Below, in pieces: positions 1 to 7,629 of a DNA stretch of 64,000 nucleotides. Position numbers and translations under genes: made by a program. The number at the start of each line of letters is the position of its first letter. The first letter of the stretch is position 1. The notes beneath the pieces are model-generated. The model was not told where the DNA came from. It did not search any database and saw nothing but the letters and a program-made list of their open reading frames with translations. The DNA is taken from sequence record MK568540.2; one strand, given 5' to 3'.

Positions 1-114
1 AACAACTTTGCTGTACGGAAGTTTGATAAGCTCACCGTCGATTGTGTCAATTCGCTCAATTACAATGATCGGCGTACCTGTTTTCAGTTCAAAATAATCT
101 GTTTTACTAATCAC
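1..114 (-). CDS. hypothetical protein, 5' part only (runs off window start)
   Basis: GTG overlaps the td stop (GTGA); frame is open to base 1 (VISKTDYFELKTG...). Confidence 0.45.
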   Translation of the reverse strand, partial: MISKTDYFELKTGTPIIVIERIDTIDGELIKLPYSKVV

Positions 115-1013
115 GACATTTTACCTTTTAGGGTTGGGTATGGGTCATAGTCATATACGCGAAAATCACTTGCGCGTTTAGTTAACAACTGTGACAACGT
201 TTCAAATTCAGGAAGTTCAATCTGAGGTAGCGCACGCGGCGTACGTCTCATTTGCTTCATTACTTGTATTAGATGATCTTCATAAATGTGAACATCACCA
301 CCAGAGAAAATCAATTCACCGACACCTAAGCCAGTCAATTTAGCTAGTATATGCACTAGCAAAGCATACGATGCGATATTGAACGGTAGACCTAAGAATG
401 TGTCAACTGAACGCTGATTCCATTTCAAGCTGATCTTACCATTACGCACGAACACTTGAAAGCCGTAATGACATGGCGGTAGAGCTACGTCAACTGAGTT
501 ACTTTCAGTATGGAAGTACGGGTCCCATGCTTCAACAAGCATACGACGTTGCGCACTTTGCGTCGGGTCTTCATTAACCGCTGCAATATCGCACAGCAAT
601 TGATGAATCTGGTCAAACTCAACAATTTCTCGCTCTGCATTTACAGATAGACGTTTACGCCACACTTTGCCATAGACATAACCAAGGTCGTCTTCATTGC
701 GAACAATACCTGCTTCTTTCGCACGCTCGTTCAGCTCGTCGAGATTTTGTTGCCAGATACAGAAATCTTCGTCTGATAATTCAGTGTATTTTCTCAGTTC
801 AGAAATCGAACCTGAACCGCTCAAGAACCATAGCAACTCACCGAAAATAGCTCTTGTCGCCATTTTCTTAGTCGTTAGCAACGGGAAACCTTTTTCTAAG
901 TCCCATCGAAGCTCACGCGAAACAACACTAACAGTATTCGTGCCTGTTCTATTCTCAAGAAAATCACCATTTTCTAGAATATCTTTACAAAGTTCCAAGT
1001 AGTTTTTCATCAA
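111..1013 (-). CDS. td: thymidylate synthase
   Basis: RTGT, GFPLLTTKK, ALPPCH catalytic motif, QRSVDTFLGLPFNIASY, GDVHIYEDH; uninterrupted. Confidence 0.98.
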   Translation of the reverse strand: MMKNYLELCKDILENGDFLENRTGTNTVSVVSRELRWDLEKGFPLLTTKKMATRAIFGELLWFLSGSGSISELRKYTELSDEDFCIWQQNLDELNERAKEAGIVRNEDDLGYVYGKVWRKRLSVNAEREIVEFDQIHQLLCDIAAVNEDPTQSAQRRMLVEAWDPYFHTESNSVDVALPPCHYGFQVFVRNGKISLKWNQRSVDTFLGLPFNIASYALLVHILAKLTGLGVGELIFSGGDVHIYEDHLIQVMKQMRRTPRALPQIELPEFETLSQLLTKRASDFRVYDYDPYPTLKGKMS

Positions 1014-1019
1014 TTACCT

Positions 1020-1223
1020 TTAAAAATCATCGTCCCATACTGCTTGCACGGGAGTACATTGCATCAACTGACCGTCAATTTCATAAGTCTCTGATTGCGG
1101 TTGAGTACTGTAAGATGTAGGTTGTTCAGCCCCAAACAACGTACCAGCAGCTACCGACGCTAGAATCCCTAGAATCGCAATCAAAACAATCAATTCGATC
1201 AGAGTAAAACCTTTAGATTTCAT
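1020..1223 (-). CDS. type IV prepilin-like small protein (class III signal peptide)
   Basis: MKSKG|FTLIELIVLIAILGILAS: basic leader, G-1, F+1, E+5, hydrophobic helix. Confidence 0.85.
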   Translation of the reverse strand: MKSKGFTLIELIVLIAILGILASVAAGTLFGAEQPTSYSTQPQSETYEIDGQLMQCTPVQAVWDDDF

Positions 1224-1259
1224 AATATTACACTCACAAAGTTAGTTAATAAACAGTTT

Positions 1260-1490
1260 TTACGGCAGTTTGCTCGTTTTGCGTGCTTGCTTTGCCGTTT
1301 CAGGTAGTTTCACTTCAAAGTGCTCTGCTTGTGAAACGTACAATACGCGCTCTGCAAGTAATTCACCGTTCTCGTAAACAGTCGTAATGAATTCAGGACC
1401 AGAAGAGCTATTTTTAACATCAACACCTGGTTTTGTCATTAGCTCTTCAAAGCGAGTCGCAGTAGTCAATTTAAGATTTAAGTTATCCAT
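1260..1490 (-). CDS. hypothetical protein
   Basis: 76-aa ORF packed in an operon, overlapping the upstream gene. Confidence 0.75.
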   Translation of the reverse strand: MDNLNLKLTTATRFEELMTKPGVDVKNSSSGPEFITTVYENGELLAERVLYVSQAEHFEVKLPETAKQARKTSKLP

Positions 1491-1926
1491 GATGAGAATG
1501 AAACCCCTCTAAGTATTTTGCAAGTTCATATGTTCGACCGTATTTGTAGAACATATCTGAATCAAAGTCGCGACGCTTTAGACCTTCGCCGATCTTACGC
1601 AGTTCACGCCATTCTTTCATTTCGGCTTGAACTTGCATTAGCGTGTCGTCGCCAATGAATGCTACACCTGTTAGTGAGTGATGTAAACCTTCTTCTTGAA
1701 AAAATGTAATGTCTTCAACAACACCCATTTCACGAATTGTCTCTTCGATTTCTTCAAGATGGTCATGACTAGCCGCTGACAGAACACAAATCGTCTCGTG
1801 ATCATTCAGCCACTTATTGAAAACTGGGTTATCTGCTTTACGCGCAAGACGTAGAAGCGCATGTGCACCTTGAATACCAGCTTGAATACCTTTACAATAG
1901 CGATTTACAAATACGTAACCTTTCAA
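1483..1926 (-). CDS. peptidyl-tRNA hydrolase type 2 (PTH2)-like protein
   Basis: GIQAGIQGAHA ... W ... ETICVL ... FFQEEGL..SLTGVAF follows the PTH2 layout (AAQxAHA, W, K/TIVL, T.LA). Confidence 0.6.
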   Translation of the reverse strand: MKGYVFVNRYCKGIQAGIQGAHALLRLARKADNPVFNKWLNDHETICVLSAASHDHLEEIEETIREMGVVEDITFFQEEGLHHSLTGVAFIGDDTLMQVQAEMKEWRELRKIGEGLKRRDFDSDMFYKYGRTYELAKYLEGFHSHHG

Positions 1927-2168
1927 ATCTTTTCCTCACAATACATAAAGCCATGAGCGTTTCTAGTTAATTCACTCACAACTGTGCCATTAATCATGTC
2001 GATGTTCACAGTGTTCAATTGAACTTCATTACCGGCGTCATCAACAAGTCGTAGAAAATCACCACGTGCCCATAGACACGGTGCAATATCAACCAACTGA
2101 CCAAAAAAGCTCTCTTGGTCTAGTCTTTCAGTGACCTCGATATAGTCACCAAGTCTAATTTGCTTCAT
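1923..2168 (-). CDS. hypothetical protein
   Basis: 81-aa ORF with ATGA overlap to the next gene. Confidence 0.75.
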   Translation of the reverse strand: MKQIRLGDYIEVTERLDQESFFGQLVDIAPCLWARGDFLRLVDDAGNEVQLNTVNIDMINGTVVSELTRNAHGFMYCEEKI

Positions 2169-2553
2169 TTTGCTTTCTGCTTATATCAATCAAAAAGAAT
2201 TTATCATGGTTTTGCTTATTTTGATTACGATATATCGTCGTAATCAAAATACAACCTTTAATTCCCTTCTCAAATATTATGTAAATATCTTCACGCTTGA
2301 TAGCAAGCTCACGCTTTTCAGCACTGTAATACCAATACAGAACTTCACCTAAGTGCTTGTTTACTGTATGATACAGCATTCTACGCAATGTTGAATGTTC
2401 AGCAGCACAGAATCGGTCATATACTCGATGTGTGAAGTGTTTCTTCATCACAAAGTCAACAGTCCCGACTAAGCCACGCTGCTTCTCAATCGCGTAATTG
2501 TTGAATTCAAATGAAAATCTTTTCCATTTGTACATGAACGAATGCAAATTCAT
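2155..2553 (-). CDS. hypothetical protein, possible RelE/BECR-fold RNase
   Basis: HFxxRxxDR near the N-terminus and ILITTIY strand near the C-terminus; ORF certain, fold speculative. Confidence 0.6.
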   Translation of the reverse strand: MNLHSFMYKWKRFSFEFNNYAIEKQRGLVGTVDFVMKKHFTHRVYDRFCAAEHSTLRRMLYHTVNKHLGEVLYWYYSAEKRELAIKREDIYIIFEKGIKGCILITTIYRNQNKQNHDKFFLIDISRKQNEAN

Positions 2554-2687
2554 AACGTTTTTTCAAACTCATTGATTTGCGAATTAAGCTCTTCGCGAGT
2601 ACGAGCAACTAAAACAGTACCGTCTTTGTATGTCGCGATGAACTGAGCTTTCTTTTCGATTGTCCAATCTAAGCGATTCGTTGTCAT
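2550..2687 (-). CDS. small early hypothetical protein (45 aa)
   Basis: MTTNRLDW start follows AAGAGA RBS just downstream of a sigma70-type promoter; the ORF-track start at 2735 lies inside the promoter. Confidence 0.7.
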   Translation of the reverse strand: MTTNRLDWTIEKKAQFIATYKDGTVLVARTREELNSQINEFEKTL

Positions 2688-2719
2688 AATATTGTTCTCT
2701 TTTCGTTGTCGATGTGAGT

Positions 2720-2748
2720 ATATTACACAAGTCACATCGACAACGCAA
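2720..2748 (-). promoter_or_regulatory. early sigma70-type promoter
   Basis: TTGCGT-17-TAATAT with upstream A-tract; -10 sits in the loop of a 14-bp inverted repeat. Confidence 0.8.
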
Positions 2749-2756
2749 CCACTTTT

Positions 2757-2918
2757 TTACATATTTTCTGTAATTCGGAAAATATTAATCAGTGGGTATT
2801 TGTAAACCATACCGTCTTTCATCATCAAGCAGTAAAGACCGTCTTTGGTGTAAGCGTTCTTTACATTATCATGAACAACTGGCTTGGCTTGTGATAGTAA
2901 ATGTACAGCAATCATCAT
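2757..2918 (-). CDS. small hypothetical protein (53 aa), not in ORF track
   Basis: ATG overlaps the dexA stop; MMIAVHLLSQAKPVVHDNVKNAYTKDGLYCLMMKDGMVYKYPLINIFRITENM fills the gap. Confidence 0.65.
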   Translation of the reverse strand: MMIAVHLLSQAKPVVHDNVKNAYTKDGLYCLMMKDGMVYKYPLINIFRITENM

Positions 2919-3607
2919 AGTAGCCCAAGTTCCTCTTTCTCTTCGTCAGTGAAATCAACCGATACTTCATGACATTCCATTTTCTCGGGTAGTTCTTCTA
3001 AATCAAGTGCGTAACGCGCTGCCATGATAAGCATCATTGCATCTTTCGCACAGTCGTGTACGCCGTTGTGGTGAATGAAACCTGGCATTGCGTCACGACG
3101 AATTGGCACTTTACACATGTCACGTTGTAACATCAATGCTTCAATACGAGTACGAACATCACGGAATTTCCAGAATCGTTCGATGACTGCATGACGCAAG
3201 CCGCTGTACTTGAAGCAATCTGCCATTAACGGGATATCGTAGTTATTACCGCGACAGTACAAGTGTGAACGACCGTCGTAGCGAGTGTTTTCTTCGATCC
3301 ACTCAATGAACAACTTGTGACCTTCTTCAACCGACACGTCTTCTGCGCTAGGTATTAGAATTTCTTTCGCTTCTTTTGATTGCTCAGACCACCATTGCAC
3401 AGTAGCTTTGTTAATGCTTCGCTTACCTTTCTGAGTTTTGATCTCAAACTTGCAACGAAAAGAGTTTTTCACAAGCTCTTGGTAGTCAGGGACTTTCGTA
3501 AAATCGTGCTCGAATTCAACTGCACCCAGTTCAATAACCGCTGCGTCGGGAGTCACGTCGAATCCCTCATAGTCGATTAGAATGTCATAGACGGGTTTAT
3601 CACTCAT
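2915..3607 (-). CDS. dexA: exonuclease A (DEDD 3'-5' exonuclease)
   Basis: IDYE, CRGNNYD, RDVRTRIEAL and HNGVHDCAKD match T4 DexA motifs. Confidence 0.93.
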   Translation of the reverse strand: MSDKPVYDILIDYEGFDVTPDAAVIELGAVEFEHDFTKVPDYQELVKNSFRCKFEIKTQKGKRSINKATVQWWSEQSKEAKEILIPSAEDVSVEEGHKLFIEWIEENTRYDGRSHLYCRGNNYDIPLMADCFKYSGLRHAVIERFWKFRDVRTRIEALMLQRDMCKVPIRRDAMPGFIHHNGVHDCAKDAMMLIMAARYALDLEELPEKMECHEVSVDFTDEEKEELGLL

Positions 3608-3840
3608 GATATTTCCTTCTTCACGTCAAGTAATGTATGTAGCAAATCGAGCTTAGATTCGATTCTGCTTTGTTGTTTGTCAATGTCGCAAATCTTAGTT
3701 CGATTCGAAATCAACATCTTTTCTTTTTGCTCTTGGTCACGTGCAATATCCATTCGAAGAGAAGCTTCAATGCGCTCGTCCATGAGCACTGAACGCATTG
3801 AACCTAGAATCTCACCAGTTTTAGAAATAGGCGTGTGCAT
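3604..3840 (-). CDS. hypothetical coiled-coil protein
   Basis: 78 aa, translationally coupled between dUTPase and dexA. Confidence 0.75.
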   Translation of the reverse strand: MHTPISKTGEILGSMRSVLMDERIEASLRMDIARDQEQKEKMLISNRTKICDIDKQQSRIESKLDLLHTLLDVKKEIS

Positions 3841-4352
3841 TATTTCACCCCGCTCTCACCGAACCCACTAGCACCGCGGTCAGTTTCTTCGTCGAAATCA
3901 TCAACTACTTCAAACTGCACGTTTTTCACGTAAGTGTGGAAAATCAACTGACAGATACGATCACCGCGCTCAATATGCAGCACGTCGTCGCCTTCGTTGC
4001 GAATCTTGATCATGATTTCGCCTTGATAGTTCGCGTCGATAATCCCGATTGTGTTTGCAAGGCGTAAGAAGTGCTTGAACCCAAGACCGCTTCGCGGTGC
4101 AATCGCGCCGTATACACCTAAATCAGTGAATACTCGATGTAGTGGGTGCGAACCAATATGAATCTTGACACCAGACGGGATAACGACTGAATCACCCGGT
4201 TGTAGCTCGATTGACTCTTCAATTGCAGCACGCAGATCAATACCCGCGTCATCTGGGTCTTTCACACCAATTGGCTCAATTGCTTTTAGACCAAGTTCTT
4301 TGTTTTCTTTGTAGTGAGGCAGGTAAATAATCTTCATTAAATTTTCTTCCAT
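3840..4352 (-). CDS. dut: trimeric dUTPase
   Basis: AGIDL, PRSGLG, GIIDANYQGEI, QLIF, RGASGFGESG motifs. Confidence 0.97.
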   Translation of the reverse strand: MEENLMKIIYLPHYKENKELGLKAIEPIGVKDPDDAGIDLRAAIEESIELQPGDSVVIPSGVKIHIGSHPLHRVFTDLGVYGAIAPRSGLGFKHFLRLANTIGIIDANYQGEIMIKIRNEGDDVLHIERGDRICQLIFHTYVKNVQFEVVDDFDEETDRGASGFGESGVK

Positions 4353-5395
4353 CTGTTAAGTCGATTTGTAGCCATTAGACCGCTAACGGCATTTTCATAA
4401 ATGTATTGCTGAATGAACTCAGCAGATACACCAGCTTTGACAAAATCATTGATGTCTTTCTTATCAATAATTTGAGGTGGGAGCTTATCCCAAATAACAA
4501 CACGCTCACCCGCTCTGATTAGAACTTGAAGACGCTTTACAACGTCTGGGTGGCGAGGCTCATTATCAAGCGCCCAAATGCGATTCCCCGCATAGGGTGC
4601 ATTTTGTGGACTGACTTGTCCACCTACTATAGCACAGCAATTGTAGAGGAATAAACTATCAATCGGGCCCTCAACGAAAATAACAGGGTCATCTTCATTG
4701 ATACGCTCTGTGCCGTATATCTTGTTGAAATCGTCGTCAATTTTAATGGTCATGTATCGTTGAGCATGTTTGTTTGTCAACGCACGACCTTGAACAGCAA
4801 TCAAACCTTCTTTGTTATAGATAGGTATTACCAATCGAGGGTGGTCATTTCTAATCTCACCTTCGTACAAATCTGGGCGAAGCGTCTTAGCCATTTGAGA
4901 CCAGCCACGAGTAAACCCAAGCAAATGCCACTTGTCTTTAGGGATTTTTCTAGATTCGAGGTATTTGTGCATCACATGACCATCTTTAAGGGCAGTGATA
5001 TTATAGAAAAGTTGCTCTTCTTGTTCTTTCTCAACGACAGTCGCTTCTTTCTTTTCAACGACTGGTTCAGGTTCGCGTTCTTTACGCTCACGAGAATTGC
5101 GCTCTTTGAATAACTCGACGCGATACTGAGAAAACAACGATGGTTCGTGATCTTTCAAAAAAGTATACAGCGATTCGTTATAGTCACAGTTCCAGCAACT
5201 ACAACGTAAATGAATCTCACCAGAACGTGTCTTAACTTCATTAATCCAGAAACGTGTCTTGTACTTGTTCTTTTTCGAGTCACCACAAATCGGGCATCTT
5301 GCATTGATTTTGAATGGACGATGACTATGCACCGTAGGGAGTAGTAATCGATGCTGAAGCATCTTGGCGTATTGTATATCAATCAATATTTGCAT
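4337..5395 (-). CDS. 61: DNA primase
   Basis: CPICGDSKKNKYKTRFW zinc domain, EGPIDSLF TOPRIM, DNEPR, KDIND. Confidence 0.96.
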   Translation of the reverse strand: MQILIDIQYAKMLQHRLLLPTVHSHRPFKINARCPICGDSKKNKYKTRFWINEVKTRSGEIHLRCSCWNCDYNESLYTFLKDHEPSLFSQYRVELFKERNSRERKEREPEPVVEKKEATVVEKEQEEQLFYNITALKDGHVMHKYLESRKIPKDKWHLLGFTRGWSQMAKTLRPDLYEGEIRNDHPRLVIPIYNKEGLIAVQGRALTNKHAQRYMTIKIDDDFNKIYGTERINEDDPVIFVEGPIDSLFLYNCCAIVGGQVSPQNAPYAGNRIWALDNEPRHPDVVKRLQVLIRAGERVVIWDKLPPQIIDKKDINDFVKAGVSAEFIQQYIYENAVSGLMATNRLNRWKKI

Positions 5396-5415
5396 AATTC
5401 AACCTCCGTGTAGTG

Positions 5416-5444
5416 ATTATACACGGCATCACGATACGATAAAC
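5416..5444 (-). promoter_or_regulatory. promoter for primase, with hairpin covering the RBS
   Basis: GTTTAT-17-TATAAT; inverted repeat CCGTGTA/TACACGG (5406-5426) overlaps GGAGG. Confidence 0.7.
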
Positions 5445-5446
5445 AT

Positions 5447-5468
5447 AAAAAAGCCCCGTTTCCGAGGC
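5447..5468 (-). terminator. intrinsic terminator
   Basis: GCCTCG-GAAA-CGGGGC followed by a T-run. Confidence 0.85.
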
Positions 5469-5474
5469 GTTTTA

Positions 5475-5954
5475 TTATTCGAAATGTCTGAACTTCTTCA
5501 GCTTTTTCTTTTTCTTTTTCTTACCGATAGTTTCAGGACCTGCATTAGTTACAGCACCAGTCGTTTCACCAGAAGCAATCGACTCTGGTGAGCTACTACC
5601 GTCACCCGCATCACCTGCAACAACAGCTTCTTCGACTCGAATACACTCTTTCGCGAAATCTTCAGATAACCCGTATTCTTTTGCAAGCTCAATCAGCAAC
5701 AAATAAGACGCGCCATAATCAAGTGCTGTTTTACCGCCTGGTAATGCACCAACCATGCGCTTGATATTTCTCACAGTAACATGAAACATCGTCCAGTTAC
5801 TTTTCTCTTGTGCAGTTACAGGGTCACGCAACTTCTTACCATCTGCGTCGATGATACCCATTCGATATGCTTCCCAACGTTCAAAACGAAGATGAAGCAA
5901 ACGAGACAGACGAAGAGCATAAAAACCATCTGCACCACGTTTAGCTACACTCAT
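5475..5954 (-). CDS. conserved T4-like protein (61.1-like) with Lys-rich tail
   Basis: WEAYRMGIIDADGKKLR.P.T..EKS.WT.FH..VRNIKRM family motif, SIASGETTGAVTN, KKKKKKK; lies next to primase. Confidence 0.7.
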   Translation of the reverse strand: MSVAKRGADGFYALRLSRLLHLRFERWEAYRMGIIDADGKKLRDPVTAQEKSNWTMFHVTVRNIKRMVGALPGGKTALDYGASYLLLIELAKEYGLSEDFAKECIRVEEAVVAGDAGDGSSSPESIASGETTGAVTNAGPETIGKKKKKKKLKKFRHFE

Positions 5955-6778
5955 TATGCCCCCAAGATTTGCTCAAGTTGACGATCAAAGATCTTCTCTG
6001 CTTCATCAAGTGGTAATGGTACGCTGCGCATGAATTCGTGCAGATTATCTTCGCGAATCAGATTTTCAATAGTACTAGATGGTACTTTGTTCTTGACTTC
6101 AACGATCTCGAATCGTGTTCCACCTACACGTAGGAAGTGACGACCTAGACGGCGATACTCAGCTACTTTGTTCGCTTCTACAAATGCAAACACGCGAGTG
6201 ATACCTTTTTGAATCATAGTCTCTACTTCAGCAAACATCACGCCTTTCGGTGCAACATCGACATCAGAGAACGATTCAAATAATTCAACGCGCTCTTGAA
6301 GTGATAAAACCTTGTTCTGAGCTTCAGGTACAAACACTTTACCAACAGCACCAACGTGTTCACACGCTTCAGATAATGTTTTAGTCAATTCTTTATGACC
6401 AACTGAAGGAATGCTTGAATCCACGTCCATGATACACGCAGCGTCAATCGCACACTCATTCACAACGGTTTCATGTTCGAAGAAATCTTTTTCCGAAACG
6501 ACAAATAGACCCTCATCAAGTTTAGCTGCAATTGCTTCAGCTTCTTGTTGTTGTTTCTTCATCGTTGCTTCTTCTTTTTCAGCAGCAGATTCTTTGTCAA
6601 ACATGGTGATTTTGCCGCGAATTGCGTCTCGAACACGAATGTCCATCATCGGTGTGATGTTCGCCCCGAGTTCTTTTTTCTTTTGCGTATATAGTTTCTC
6701 GATTTCAACTACACCGTCTTTGGTAGTACATTGGTGAACCGACGCAATAAGTTCTTCCAATTTATCTTTGATAGCCAT
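5954..6778 (-). CDS. fusion of a UvsW.1-like helical domain and a degenerate HIGH-class nucleotidyltransferase-like domain
   Basis: N-terminal CTTKDGVVEIEKLY...DIRVRDAIRGK resembles T4 UvsW.1; C-terminal PSVGHKEL, GITRVFAFVEANKVAEY, SSTIENLI..DNLHEF..SVP resembles phage cytidylyltransferase-like proteins. Confidence 0.6.
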   Translation of the reverse strand: MAIKDKLEELIASVHQCTTKDGVVEIEKLYTQKKKELGANITPMMDIRVRDAIRGKITMFDKESAAEKEEATMKKQQQEAEAIAAKLDEGLFVVSEKDFFEHETVVNECAIDAACIMDVDSSIPSVGHKELTKTLSEACEHVGAVGKVFVPEAQNKVLSLQERVELFESFSDVDVAPKGVMFAEVETMIQKGITRVFAFVEANKVAEYRRLGRHFLRVGGTRFEIVEVKNKVPSSTIENLIREDNLHEFMRSVPLPLDEAEKIFDRQLEQILGA

Positions 6779-6781
6779 TAG

Positions 6782-7627
6782 CTACTCCTCGTAAACAATC
6801 GTATTTTTAGTAATTCTTGATTCGAATACAACTTCAACACGTACACCATAAGGCAATGCCTTAGAACGGCGACATGCATCATTTCTAATCAACATATACG
6901 GGTGATATACAGTATCTTTAATATCTTTCGCGTTCAACAAAACATCACCGTTAATATGCAAGGTACCGCGTTTGAATACAAAATCATCTAGTGTAAAGCT
7001 ATTGACTACAACAAGACCGTTATTGAGAATGTCTGAACCAAATACAACATGATTTATTTCGTCGTCTCGTAGTCTGCGTGCGATTGGCTGGCTAAGTCTC
7101 TTCACTTTACCATCGTCAGAATAGTCCGATAATGTAACCATCTTCTTGACTATCATTTGTGATAAAAGCTTACGAGCTTCAGTGCCGTGAATAACGTCAG
7201 TACTAGCCCAACGCTCGGCATTTGATTTTTTAATCGAAATCGGAAAATCGCCGCTTACGGTCTTCAATACCATATCGGCTTTTTTGTTGTTTTTTGTGTC
7301 GTGACCAGTCATTTCAATCGACTGAACACCTTTTATTACTCGTCGACCAATTTTAATCCGAGTACAGCCAGAATCAATGTGTTGCTTTACAATATTATAG
7401 AAATTGCGTTCATTCTCGATGCCCGGATTAGATGTTGGTTTGACGTATACTCTGCATTTTTCCATCTGTATACAACCAATTGAACTGCCTGGGTCGCACT
7501 TCTTGTACGTCCCGTCAAGCTCTTTCGCAAGTTTAACAATTAGACCAAGTCGATTTTCATCTGTGTAGATAACGATCTTTCGGCTATTGATAATTCTCGC
7601 GTCATATCTTAACAAAACATCTATCAT
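6782..7627 (-). CDS. putative PD-(D/E)XK nuclease
   Basis: E ... KKADMV...ISIKK catalytic-like spacing. Confidence 0.6.
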   Translation of the reverse strand: MIDVLLRYDARIINSRKIVIYTDENRLGLIVKLAKELDGTYKKCDPGSSIGCIQMEKCRVYVKPTSNPGIENERNFYNIVKQHIDSGCTRIKIGRRVIKGVQSIEMTGHDTKNNKKADMVLKTVSGDFPISIKKSNAERWASTDVIHGTEARKLLSQMIVKKMVTLSDYSDDGKVKRLSQPIARRLRDDEINHVVFGSDILNNGLVVVNSFTLDDFVFKRGTLHINGDVLLNAKDIKDTVYHPYMLIRNDACRRSKALPYGVRVEVVFESRITKNTIVYEE

Positions 7628-7629
7628 AG

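Noticed and set aside
5475-5530. Poly-Lys tail of the 61.1-like protein as a nuclear localisation signal
   Set aside because: This is a bacterial virus; basic tails of this kind occur in prohead core and DNA-binding proteins such as gp68 in this window
6782-7627. Firm call of the 281-aa ORF as a mobile homing endonuclease
   Set aside because: The late-promoter hairpin is compatible with this, but no GIY-YIG, HNH or LAGLIDADG motif is present and it is coupled to two conserved genes; left as a putative PD-(D/E)XK nuclease
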